Below are positions 25,053-33,808 of a stretch of 64,000 nucleotides of DNA, piece by piece. The translations under genes and the position numbers were made by a program. The stretch is from Candidatus Krumholzibacteriia bacterium (GTDB lineage: Bacteria; Krumholzibacteriota; Krumholzibacteriia; JACNKJ01). The stretch lies in NCBI GenBank assembly GCA_030748535.1, contig JASMLU010000001.1, positions 151,087 to 215,086 of the forward strand. Reading direction: 5' to 3'. Under the pieces are notes generated by a model, which had not been told where the DNA came from, searched no databases, and saw nothing but the letters and a program-made list of their open reading frames with translations. Within the stretch, counting starts at the first letter, position 1, and the number at the start of each line of letters is the position of its first letter.

Positions 25053-25643
25053 CTAACTCTTCCCGAGGCGAGGTTCCTCGCCTCGAAAGAGACGAGCCAT
25101 GTTCGAACGGTGACGATAGCATACGAGAAAGGCCAAGCCGACGGAAAGCCAGAAAAGAGAAGAATCGAGAGGCTGCAAAAAGCGAATCAGGAAAGGGAGT
25201 CCCAGTGCAGCAAGCATGCTCGAAACGGAGATCATCCTGAAAAGGGCCAGACTCAAAAGGAACACCAGCAGAGCGGAAAGAAGAGGAAGCGGGGAAAGAG
25301 CAAGGAAAGCCCCGGCACTGGTGGCGACTCCTTTGCCGCCTCGAAAGGAGAGAAAAGGGGAAAAGCTGTGACCCAGAACTGCAAAGAGTCCGGCTAAAAG
25401 GGGGAGCCAAGTCAGAGGGTGGTTCAAGGTCAGAAGAACAGCCAGAGTTCCCTTGGCAGCATCCAGAAGAAGAACTGTGATCCCCCACTTCTTTCCCAGA
25501 AGCCGCCAGGCATTGCTTGCTCCCGGATTCCCGCTTCCGTGCTCCCGCAAGTCGATGCCCCGGGATAATCTTCCCGCAATCCAGGCAAAGGGCAGAGAAC
25601 CGAGAAGAAAGGAAAGAAGAAGCAGGAGGGCAGCCTGAATCAT
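25053..25643 (-). CDS. plsY: glycerol-3-phosphate acyltransferase PlsY
   Basis: GSLPFAWI, HGSGNPGASN, GGKGVAT; ~196-aa multi-TM protein. Confidence 0.9.
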   Translation of the reverse strand: MIQAALLLLLSFLLGSLPFAWIAGRLSRGIDLREHGSGNPGASNAWRLLGKKWGITVLLLDAAKGTLAVLLTLNHPLTWLPLLAGLFAVLGHSFSPFLSFRGGKGVATSAGAFLALSPLPLLSALLVFLLSLALFRMISVSSMLAALGLPFLIRFLQPLDSSLFWLSVGLAFLVCYRHRSNMARLFRGEEPRLGKS

Positions 25644-26962
25644 GATTCCGCCTTTCGGGGACTCAGTCTCAGTCGCACCTTGCTGCCTTCAATCTGAAAA
25701 GCTTCACGGAAACGGTTTCCGAGGAACCTGCGGTAATGCTCCGGGAACCAGTCCGCATTATTCACGAAGATCTGAAAGGTCGGGGGAGCAGAATACACCT
25801 GAGAGACATAGTACATCTTCCCGGTTCCGCCGCGATGATGGTGAGGAGGTTTGCTCTTCATGATGTTCTCAAGAAGAAGGTTCAACTCCCGAGTCGGATA
25901 CCGCTTCTGCCGATGTTCAAATACGCTCCAGGCTTTCTCCAGTAGCAGGTGAATTCGCTGATGCGTCTTGGCCGAGATAAAGATCAGCGGAGCGTAGTCG
26001 ACGAATCCGAGTTGGTCCCGTATCTTGCGCACATAATCCCCCATCGTAGAGGATTCCTTGTCCACGAGATCCCACTTGTTCATACAAAGAACGATGCCGC
26101 GCCCCGACTCATGGGCATGAGAGGCGATCTTCAGATCCTGCTCTGCAAGTTCCCGGTCACCGTCGAGAACCAATACCACGACATCCGAGTAGTCGATCGC
26201 AGAGAGACTACGGAGATTACTGTAGATCTCCAGGCTCTTCTTGACTCGCGCCTTTCTTCTCAGGCCGGCGGTATCGACGAGAATCACATCCCGTCCATGC
26301 CAGCGCAAGCTTGAGTCCACGGCATCCCGGGTAGTTCCTGGAATGTCGCTAACAATCATCCGGTCTTCTCCGAGCAGGGCATTTACGATACTGCTCTTGC
26401 CGGCATTCGGGCGACCCACAAGGGCCATGCGCATGGACTCTTCGCCTTCAGAAGGTTCCGGTACCGGAGGATACTCCGCTTCCAGCCTCTCCCAGAGGTC
26501 GGCAATCCCCATGCCGTGAAGTGCTGAGATGGGGTGGGGATCTCCCAGTCCAAGAGAATGAAACTCATGGAATGCGAATTCATCATCCTTCCTCTCCACC
26601 TTGTTCACCAAAAGCCAGACCCGCTCGGACTGCCGTCTGAGAATTCTTGCTACCTGCAGGTCTTCCTCCGTGACACCATTTAGGACATCCACGAGAAAGA
26701 GAACAAGACCTGCTTCATCGAGGGCTTCAAGTGCGCTGTCCCGCGTCTTTTCACTAAGCTCCTCTCCGTCCAGGGAGATTCCTCCCGTGTCCAGCAAGTA
26801 GAGGCGGCGGCCATTGTGTTCAATGGGAGCGGAAAGCCGGTCGCGCGTCACTCCCGGGCTGGCGTGAACCACCGAAACCTGTCGCCCCACCATTCGGTTG
26901 AAAAGCGTCGACTTCCCCACATTCGGGCGGCCCACAATCGCGATAGTATTTGAATGAGGCAC
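25640..26962 (-). CDS. der: ribosome-associated GTPase Der (EngA)
   Basis: Two G domains (GRPNVGKSTLFN, GRPNAGKSSIVN) plus a KH-like C-terminus. Start proposed at GTG 26962 (VPHSNTIAIVGRP), 8 nt after AAGGA. The ORF track extends to TTG 27040. Confidence 0.85.
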   Translation of the reverse strand: MPHSNTIAIVGRPNVGKSTLFNRMVGRQVSVVHASPGVTRDRLSAPIEHNGRRLYLLDTGGISLDGEELSEKTRDSALEALDEAGLVLFLVDVLNGVTEEDLQVARILRRQSERVWLLVNKVERKDDEFAFHEFHSLGLGDPHPISALHGMGIADLWERLEAEYPPVPEPSEGEESMRMALVGRPNAGKSSIVNALLGEDRMIVSDIPGTTRDAVDSSLRWHGRDVILVDTAGLRRKARVKKSLEIYSNLRSLSAIDYSDVVVLVLDGDRELAEQDLKIASHAHESGRGIVLCMNKWDLVDKESSTMGDYVRKIRDQLGFVDYAPLIFISAKTHQRIHLLLEKAWSVFEHRQKRYPTRELNLLLENIMKSKPPHHHRGGTGKMYYVSQVYSAPPTFQIFVNNADWFPEHYRRFLGNRFREAFQIEGSKVRLRLSPRKAES

Positions 26963-27005
26963 TGGAAGTATCCTTGCGAAGGGCTTGTCATCCTTGACGA
27001 TAGGA

Positions 27006-27034
27006 ATCCTAGCAAAGGGTGTTTGTCTGCGCAA
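27006..27034 (-). promoter_or_regulatory. candidate internal promoter TTGCGC-N17-tTTGC-TAGGAT upstream of der
   Basis: Read on the minus strand just past the DUF512 stop codon (27037-27039), in the stretch the ORF track reads as the der N-terminus. Confidence 0.3.
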
Positions 27035-27036
27035 GC

Positions 27037-28341
27037 TCAATGATCGAGGAGAGGAGAAAGAAGCCCCTCCTCCGGAATCGCCACTGCGACGGGAACCTTG
27101 TCGCGAAACCCTGACAAGCTCAGGTCATCGAGAAAGAGATCGCTAGCATTCAGGCAGTTGGGCGGGAGAAGAAGTAGATCGCAGTGAGGAGCTTCCTCAA
27201 TAGCGGCCTTCAGCAGCACTCTGCCCGGGAGAAGCCCACTGACTGTGATCTTTTCTCCGAAGAGAGAGTTCTTGAGAGCGCGAACCTTGAACTCCAGACC
27301 CTCAAGCTCCGAGAGTGTCTTCTCCAGAAACTCTCGGAAGACCCTCTCCCCCAGGATGCCGGTCAGAATCGTAATGCGCTGGGGTTTCTCAAGCGGAGAC
27401 CAGGAGGAGGCTTCGCTTCGGACTGCTTCAATGAAGTCACGGCTCATACCAATGCCGTTGTCAGAGAGAGGGAAGTCCTCGTACTCCTCCATCATCGGAA
27501 GGTCTCTTTCAGAAAGAAGATAGAACTCATCAGCCAGAAAGACAAAACGGGTTCCTGTTTCACGCAAAGACTGCTTCTGGAAGTTTTCCACCTGATCGAT
27601 CACAAGGCCGGCAGCTTGCGGAGTACAGGCTTGCAGTGATGGGAGAGAGGAACGGAAGTCTGTAAGCCCGACGGGAACCACTCCCAGAGAAGCCACTCCC
27701 GGGGAAAGGCGGGCGAGATCTTCCATACTCCTCTTCAGTTCCTCTCCATCATTCCACCCGGGAAGGAGAACGATCTGCGTATGAACTGTAATGCCCTCGT
27801 CACAGAGCCTTTGAATAGTGCTGAGGATGTCCCGACTCTTCTTCAAGCCAAGAAGCCGGTTTCGAAGTTCCATGTTCGTAGCGTGTACAGATACGTACAC
27901 AGGGCTCAGTTGCTGCCGGGTAATGCGGAGAAGTTCCTTCTCGCGGGCCAAGGCCAGAGTCACATAGTTGCCGAACATGAAACCGAGACGATAGTCCTCG
28001 TCCATGAAGTAGAGATCTTCACGGAGACCGGGAGGCATCTGGTGAATGAAACAGAAGACACAGTCATTGCCGCAGGTCTTGAACTGCATGGGTTCGAATT
28101 CGAGATTGCTCGGGTCCAGAAGATGAGACTCCAAGGAAATCGTTCTGGTTTCTCCTGAACTGGAAGCAATCATCACCTGAGGAGACAGGCTGAGAACACT
28201 GTAGAAGTGGAAATCCAGCACATCTTCGACAGCATTCCCGTCGATCTCGAGAATCTCCTCTCCCGCCTCAATTAGCGGAATCAGATCGCCAGCAACTCTG
28301 GCGACTTTCAGTCCGGATCTCTTCTTGGGGCTCTGACTCAT
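27037..28341 (-). CDS. DUF512 radical-SAM-like protein with N-terminal PDZ-like region
   Basis: CGNDCVFCF cysteine cluster; ~434 aa. The position directly upstream of der is a pairing I recall for DUF512 proteins. Confidence 0.6.
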   Translation of the reverse strand: MSQSPKKRSGLKVARVAGDLIPLIEAGEEILEIDGNAVEDVLDFHFYSVLSLSPQVMIASSSGETRTISLESHLLDPSNLEFEPMQFKTCGNDCVFCFIHQMPPGLREDLYFMDEDYRLGFMFGNYVTLALAREKELLRITRQQLSPVYVSVHATNMELRNRLLGLKKSRDILSTIQRLCDEGITVHTQIVLLPGWNDGEELKRSMEDLARLSPGVASLGVVPVGLTDFRSSLPSLQACTPQAAGLVIDQVENFQKQSLRETGTRFVFLADEFYLLSERDLPMMEEYEDFPLSDNGIGMSRDFIEAVRSEASSWSPLEKPQRITILTGILGERVFREFLEKTLSELEGLEFKVRALKNSLFGEKITVSGLLPGRVLLKAAIEEAPHCDLLLLPPNCLNASDLFLDDLSLSGFRDKVPVAVAIPEEGLLSPLLDH

Positions 28342-28347
28342 GAGCTC

Positions 28348-28376
28348 AGGATAGACGGGCCGGCTCCCGATGTAAA
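28348..28376 (-). promoter_or_regulatory. sigma70-type promoter TTTACA-N17-TATCCT giving a leaderless DUF512 mRNA
   Basis: The -10 ends exactly 6 nt before ATG 28341. Confidence 0.45.
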
Positions 28377-28382
28377 GGGCAT

Positions 28383-28415
28383 GAAGAACCCCCCACAGAA
28401 TGCGGGGGGTTCTTC
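28383..28415 (-). terminator. 12-bp GC-rich hairpin after the protease gene
   Basis: GAAGAACCCCCC-acagaatgc-GGGGGGTTCTTC. Only a weak U-tail on the minus strand. Confidence 0.5.
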
Positions 28416-28424
28416 TTCAGAAAT

Positions 28425-30902
28425 TTACTTCACGAGTGTGATCTTGCGGGACTCGGAGTGCTGCTCCGTTTCCAGACGAATGAAATAGACTCCGGCGGAG
28501 CAAGTTTCCCCGTCTTCTGCGCGACCATCCCAGGAGGCCTGATGGCGTCCGGCGGGAAGCAGCCCACTCTCAAGAACCTTCAACTGTCGCCCGGTGATGT
28601 CAAAGACGGAAAGGCGGACATAGCCGCTCTCAGACAGTTCAAAGGGCACTTCCGTTCGGGGATTGAAGGGATTGGGAAAGTTGGCAAGAAGCGCCGTTCT
28701 TGCAGGCGCAGAATCGTCGCTGGAAGTCATGTCGTCTGCACCGACTCCCCAGATCTCAACATCGTCGATGTTCCAGCCACAGTACTGCCAGCTTCCATCC
28801 GTGGTTCCCATGGTCCAGCGGAGAAAGACTGTTGCCTCGCCGTCAGCAATCGCGGAGAGATCATACTCTTTCTGAGACCAGTTGGAATCGGCTACTTCCG
28901 CCGAGTTTTCCCAAACCGTGGTCCAGGAACTTCCATTCGTACTGACTCGAAGATAGGCGTGGTCGTAAGATGATTGCTCCACACCCAGCCATCGCCAGAA
29001 CTTCACAGAAACCGCAGAGAGGTTTGAGCAGTCGATGGCTCCCGTTGTCAGATGACGCTCCGGAAGGTTGTTCCCATAGTCGCCTGACAGATTGTAGCCA
29101 TAGACTTTACTGCCCGTATGCCCTGAAGTGGGATCTGCATTGCCGTACTGACCCCCGCCACCAGTCGGTTGTCCCCAGGCCCAGTCGCCTGTAGTAGACC
29201 AACCGGGATTGGAGTTCAGGTCCCAGTCATAGACCAGGGAAGGAACGCCCACCTGAAGGTTCACTGAGCGGCTGGTATCCCCTTCATGGGTGCTTGTGTT
29301 TGTGAAGTAGACGAGATCCTCGTAGCCTCCGGATGGTAGCGAATTGGCAGAGGAGTTGATGGACACGGTGATGTTCGCAGAGTTCCCGGGCGAGAGATAG
29401 GAGCCGGAGGAACTGAGAGAAACCCAGGCCGCCGAGTGAGTGACACTGAAACTGAAGCCGCTTTCTCCCTGATTGGTGACCGTATAGGTCTTCGAAGAAG
29501 GACTGAAGGGGCCTCCGGAATCTCCGGAAGAACTGAAAGCGTCACTCGGGCTGACGGCCATGCCCGATGCTCCGGGAACCAGTGTGTTGACGCTGCTCTG
29601 ACCCGTTCCCGCAGCATCCAGCCAGTTGCTCAGACGACTGGACGAGGAGCCTCCTCCTGTCCAGGAGCGGGAAAAACGCCCGTACCAGTCTGAAGTATCG
29701 TTGCCGCATGCAGCGTAGCCACCATGAAGCTGTCCAACGACCCGATGGTTTTGGTCATAGAGAGGAGATCCCGAGGATCCCGGCTCCGTGGTGCCATCAT
29801 CCCAGTCAATGACCCGAATATGGCTTCCATCCCCGGGCTGGGAATTGCTCAGATAGCTCGTAGTCGTACAGGCATCATATTCAAAGCTGATACTCTTCTC
29901 ATCCGTACTGGGATGATGAATCGCCACTGCACTCGATGGGTTCGCAGTGGAATTGTCCCAGCCGGAATAACTGACTTCATGGTCAGGGTTGGGGGCATCA
30001 TCCAGTTCGACCAGAGTGAAGTCTGAAGTGCTGTAGCCTGCCCGGTACCAGGAACCGCTCTGCCACTGGTTCAGGGAACCGCCCCCCTGCTGCCCGCAAC
30101 TGGGACTCTGAAAGTTCCAGTATACGACCAGTGAGGAAGCATTCCCTCCGCTGATTCCACAGTGCTTGGCTGTCATGAAGTAGGGTGTCTGGTCTTCCGA
30201 GGTGTTGTTGACCATGAAACCGGTGCAAAAGAGAGTCCCGCCTGTAGAGATCACGCCAACAGAAGCGATTTCATCTCTCCAGGGATCACCCTCGGGGCAG
30301 ACCACGTCGTTGTTGCAGTAGCCGGAACGGTCTCCCAGCAGCTCCCCAAAACCCCGGTATCCGCGATTGACTGAAGTCAGCTCGATATTGCACTCATCGA
30401 GAGCCTTGACCGGAACCGTGACTTCCACCACGACATCATTGCTGAGGATTACTGGAGTCCAGAGCTCCCCGTGTTCGTCGTTATCGATTTCAGTAAAGGC
30501 ATAGTCAATCTTCTCGGAACCATCGGCCGAGTAGATCAACATGCGAGCGTCGGACACCATGTTGTATCGGCTGAAGCCGAAGTTCAGGGACAGGGCATCC
30601 GGGCTGTATATCCGGACCCTCCATACCTGATGGCTCTCTCCGTAGTTTTCCCAGTCTCCCTGGATCCCGGGAGAAAGAGTCACCGGATGAGCGACGGCGA
30701 AACGGGGAGCAAGCCCCTCCTCCTCGCGAAGCTGGTCTTCCAAAGCCAGAGCATCCAGATCCAGGGCAGGGCATATCATTGCTCCGGCCGTGGCAGGATC
30801 CAAAGGAAGTGCTTCCGTGGAAAAAGGATCAAAGGGGATGGCCTGAGCAAAAAGCGGCAGGCAGAGCAAAAGAATAGGCAGAACTCGACGGATCCCGGAC
30901 AT
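28425..30902 (-). CDS. secreted trypsin-fold (lysyl-endopeptidase-like) serine protease with T9SS-type C-terminal sorting domain
   Basis: Signal peptide, TAKHC (His) and GSSGSP (Ser) blocks. C-terminal ~80 aa NFPNPFNPRTEV...GVYFIRLET...KITLVK resembles FlgD-Ig/Por sorting domains. Confidence 0.7.
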   Translation of the reverse strand: MSGIRRVLPILLLCLPLFAQAIPFDPFSTEALPLDPATAGAMICPALDLDALALEDQLREEEGLAPRFAVAHPVTLSPGIQGDWENYGESHQVWRVRIYSPDALSLNFGFSRYNMVSDARMLIYSADGSEKIDYAFTEIDNDEHGELWTPVILSNDVVVEVTVPVKALDECNIELTSVNRGYRGFGELLGDRSGYCNNDVVCPEGDPWRDEIASVGVISTGGTLFCTGFMVNNTSEDQTPYFMTAKHCGISGGNASSLVVYWNFQSPSCGQQGGGSLNQWQSGSWYRAGYSTSDFTLVELDDAPNPDHEVSYSGWDNSTANPSSAVAIHHPSTDEKSISFEYDACTTTSYLSNSQPGDGSHIRVIDWDDGTTEPGSSGSPLYDQNHRVVGQLHGGYAACGNDTSDWYGRFSRSWTGGGSSSSRLSNWLDAAGTGQSSVNTLVPGASGMAVSPSDAFSSSGDSGGPFSPSSKTYTVTNQGESGFSFSVTHSAAWVSLSSSGSYLSPGNSANITVSINSSANSLPSGGYEDLVYFTNTSTHEGDTSRSVNLQVGVPSLVYDWDLNSNPGWSTTGDWAWGQPTGGGGQYGNADPTSGHTGSKVYGYNLSGDYGNNLPERHLTTGAIDCSNLSAVSVKFWRWLGVEQSSYDHAYLRVSTNGSSWTTVWENSAEVADSNWSQKEYDLSAIADGEATVFLRWTMGTTDGSWQYCGWNIDDVEIWGVGADDMTSSDDSAPARTALLANFPNPFNPRTEVPFELSESGYVRLSVFDITGRQLKVLESGLLPAGRHQASWDGRAEDGETCSAGVYFIRLETEQHSESRKITLVK

Positions 30903-31009
30903 GGTTCCCTCCCTATGGGGTGCGGTTCAGCCGCAGAGGGCTATCAGTACGATCTCAAGCGACTTTAGTGTACCATAGTGACCGGAAGCGGTCACGGCAG
31001 ATTTGAGCT

Positions 31010-31030
31010 AAAAAAACCCGCCGAAGCGGG
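31010..31030 (-). terminator. intrinsic terminator after tRNA-Gly
   Basis: Minus strand: CCCGC-ttcg-GCGGG followed by TTTTTTT. Confidence 0.8.
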
Positions 31031-31035
31031 TGGGG

Positions 31036-31108
31036 AGCGGGAAACGGGACTCGAACCCGCGACCACCAGCTTGGGAAGCTGATGCTCTACCAACTGAGCT
31101 ATTCCCGC
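31036..31108 (-). tRNA. tRNA-Gly (anticodon CCC)
   Basis: GCGGGAA acceptor, loop TTCCCAA, GCGGG TTCGAGT CCCGT T-arm. Confidence 0.9.
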
Positions 31109-31117
31109 AGAAATACG

Positions 31118-31146
31118 AAGCTAGCAACAGGAAGTATTGAAGTCAA
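31118..31146 (-). promoter_or_regulatory. sigma70-type promoter TTGACT-N17-TAGCTT (gTTGC extended -10) for tRNA-Gly
   Basis: The -10 ends 9 nt before the mature 5' end. The -35 overlaps the miaA stop codon. Confidence 0.55.
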
Positions 31147-32042
31147 GATGCGAGCCAGTGGCGGATTTCTCTCGCCCCGTCCCCCCGCAAGTCCTGAATG
31201 ATCAGATCGAATTCCTGCTTGCGAAACCAGATTTCCTGCCTGCGTGCATACTGACGGGTCCGGATCAGAATCTTCTCTCTTGCCTCCTTGAGAGAAAGAT
31301 CACCGCGAAGAATAGCCAGAACCTCCGGATAACCAAGAGTCTGCATGCCCGGTGCTTCCGGGTTCACACCGCTCTCCATAAGCTCTCGAACTTCCGCCTG
31401 CCATGATCCGTCGAGCATTCGATCCAAGCGGTCTTCGATATTCTGATGCAAGGCAGAGCGCGCACAGCTGAGAAGAACTCGCTTCCATTCGACATCTTCC
31501 GGACTCTCACGCCCTTTCCGATGATGATCCGTCAGGGTTTCCCCGGTAGCCAAATAGACTTCCAGAGCCCGGAGAATCCTCTGGCGGTCATTTTGATGGA
31601 TTCTCTCAGCGCTTTCAGGATCCGCACTACTGAGTTGATTTCGAAGCTCTTCCGTGCTCAGGCTCTCGATCCTCTTTCGAATTTCCCGGGTCTTTGAACG
31701 AGAAACGCTGAGGGGAGAAAGCCCTTCCATCAGGCTCTTCAGATAGAAGCCGGTCCCTCCTACCACTATGGGAGTTTGATCTGCCTTCTCCCGGAGAACG
31801 CTCAGAGCATTACGGGAGAAGCCCTGCGCGGACCACTGTTCGTCTGGAGAAAGAAAGTTCTGGAAATGGTGAGGAACTGCCGCCTTATCCTCAGGGCTTG
31901 CCTGAGCGGTTCCCACTCTCAGTCCCTGATAGACCTGACGGCTGTCAGCGGAAATGATGTCTCTTGAATACTCCCGGGCAAGTTCCATGGCCAGCGTACT
32001 CTTGCCCGTGGCCGTCGCCCCGGCCAGAATCAGAACCTTCAC
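31143..32042 (-). CDS. miaA: tRNA dimethylallyltransferase
   Basis: P-loop AGATATGKST; ISADSRQVY; GTGFYLKSL. GTG start overlapping the mutL stop. Confidence 0.9.
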   Translation of the reverse strand: MKVLILAGATATGKSTLAMELAREYSRDIISADSRQVYQGLRVGTAQASPEDKAAVPHHFQNFLSPDEQWSAQGFSRNALSVLREKADQTPIVVGGTGFYLKSLMEGLSPLSVSRSKTREIRKRIESLSTEELRNQLSSADPESAERIHQNDRQRILRALEVYLATGETLTDHHRKGRESPEDVEWKRVLLSCARSALHQNIEDRLDRMLDGSWQAEVRELMESGVNPEAPGMQTLGYPEVLAILRGDLSLKEAREKILIRTRQYARRQEIWFRKQEFDLIIQDLRGDGAREIRHWLAS

Positions 32043-33808
32043 TTCTTCTCCGAAACACTGTCGGGAATTTTACGATGAAAGCGTTTTTCCAGTTCTTCCC
32101 TTCCAATCCGGATGATGATCGGCCTTCCGTGAGGGCAGGTGTAGGGCTGAGTGGTCTGGAATAGACGGGTTACCAGAATATCCATTTCTTCGTCCCGCAT
32201 GGCTTCACCCGCCTTGATTGCATTCTTGCAGGAGTACGTGGCAAGCGCAGTCTCCCGCTTCTTGCCCAAGTCTCCGGTTTCCTCGGAGATATCGTGGAGG
32301 ATATCGCGAATGGCACTGCCCTCATCCCAGCGGCTTACTGTCTCAGGAATGGCCTCCACCAACAAGGTGCTGGGCCCAAACTCGCTCATGCGATAACCAA
32401 TTTCCTGGAAAAACTCCGACCCCTCTCGCCAAGCCTCCATTTCCGGGGGACTCAGTTCAAGCTTGTGTGGAAACAGTAGTTCCTGTTGCTTCGGAGCAAG
32501 GCCCGACAGATTTGCCAGGGCCTGATCAAAGAGAACCCTCTCATGAGCATTGTGCTGGTCAATGATCACAAGCCCGCCCCCGATTCGGGTCAGGATGAAA
32601 GTGTTCTGCAAGTGCCAGAAGGATCTCTCCTCACTTCGTTCCGGCGCTGAATCCCCTGTCTCCCGAAGATCCATGGGAGGAGTTGGCCTGGCAGGGGCTT
32701 GATATCCGGAATGTGAATGACCGGGAAAAGAAAGTGCTGACTGCTTTCTACCACCGGGCAGGCGTTCCGGGCCGAGAAGAAGAGATTCTTTCTCCCGAAG
32801 GCGGGATGCAAGATCTCCCCCACTGCCGATGGCCTGTTTCAATGCTCGGGTAAAGAGTGAGTGCAGGCGGGAGGGATTCCGGAATCGAACTTCTCTCTTA
32901 CTCGGATGGACATTGACATCCACTTCTTCTCCGGGAAGTTCCAGAAACAGGACGCAGGAGGGAAAGCGCCCCGGTGGGAGGACATCACGGTAGGCCTGGG
33001 AGATCGCATGGCGAAGAGAGTCATCGCGGATCGGTCGCCTTCCCAGGAAGACATATTGCTGGCTTCGGTTTCCCCGGCTACTCAGGGGAAGACTGCAAAG
33101 GCCCGTCAAGCGGTAGGACTCATCTTCTCCCTCAAGGTCCACCATGTGGCGAAGGGCTTCCCTTCCCAAAACAGCTTCGGCACGTTCCCGAATCGTCCGG
33201 CACTCAGGGTATTGCAGTTTCTCTTTCCCATCTTCCAGAAAGCGAAAGGCTATCTCCGGGTGAGCAAGGACATACTGCTGGAAGATCTGGAGGATCGCGC
33301 GTTTTTCGGAGTTCTCGCTCTTGAGGAATTTCTTGCGAACCGGGATTTGAGCAAAGAGGTCCTTCATGACGACCGTGCAGCCGGTTTCTCTGGCCTGTGG
33401 ACGGGGCTCCTCAAGCTTCCCATGGAAAGAACGGATGCTCCAGGCACTTTCCTCTTCCTCCGTCCGGCTCGTCAGGGAGAGATCGGAGACAGAGGCCATG
33501 GAAGCGAGTGCCTCTCCACGAAAACCAAAGCTGGACACCCCTTCTATATCATCAAGAGCGCGGATCTTGCTGGTGGAATGGCGGCTCAGCGCCTCCTGCA
33601 ATTCCTCCCGGGGGATGCCGATCCCATTGTCGCTCAGGCGAAGGAGGGAAACTCCCCCACCTGCTATCTCCACCTCCACCTGATCTGCGCCCGCATCCAG
33701 AGCGTTCTCCAGAAGCTCTTTCAGTGCTGCGGCAGGCCTTTCAATCACCTCGCCGGCGGCAATCCTGTTGACGGTCTCAGCCGAGAGAGCCTGAATCGGG
33801 GTTCTCAC
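32039..33808 (-). CDS. mutL: DNA mismatch repair protein MutL (endonuclease-type)
   Basis: IAAGEVIERP GHKL ATPase N-terminus. C-terminus has DQHNAHERVLFD, SCK and CPHGRP motifs plus QELLFP. Confidence 0.9.
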   Translation of the reverse strand: MRTPIQALSAETVNRIAAGEVIERPAAALKELLENALDAGADQVEVEIAGGGVSLLRLSDNGIGIPREELQEALSRHSTSKIRALDDIEGVSSFGFRGEALASMASVSDLSLTSRTEEEESAWSIRSFHGKLEEPRPQARETGCTVVMKDLFAQIPVRKKFLKSENSEKRAILQIFQQYVLAHPEIAFRFLEDGKEKLQYPECRTIRERAEAVLGREALRHMVDLEGEDESYRLTGLCSLPLSSRGNRSQQYVFLGRRPIRDDSLRHAISQAYRDVLPPGRFPSCVLFLELPGEEVDVNVHPSKREVRFRNPSRLHSLFTRALKQAIGSGGDLASRLREKESLLLGPERLPGGRKQSALSFPGHSHSGYQAPARPTPPMDLRETGDSAPERSEERSFWHLQNTFILTRIGGGLVIIDQHNAHERVLFDQALANLSGLAPKQQELLFPHKLELSPPEMEAWREGSEFFQEIGYRMSEFGPSTLLVEAIPETVSRWDEGSAIRDILHDISEETGDLGKKRETALATYSCKNAIKAGEAMRDEEMDILVTRLFQTTQPYTCPHGRPIIIRIGREELEKRFHRKIPDSVSEKK

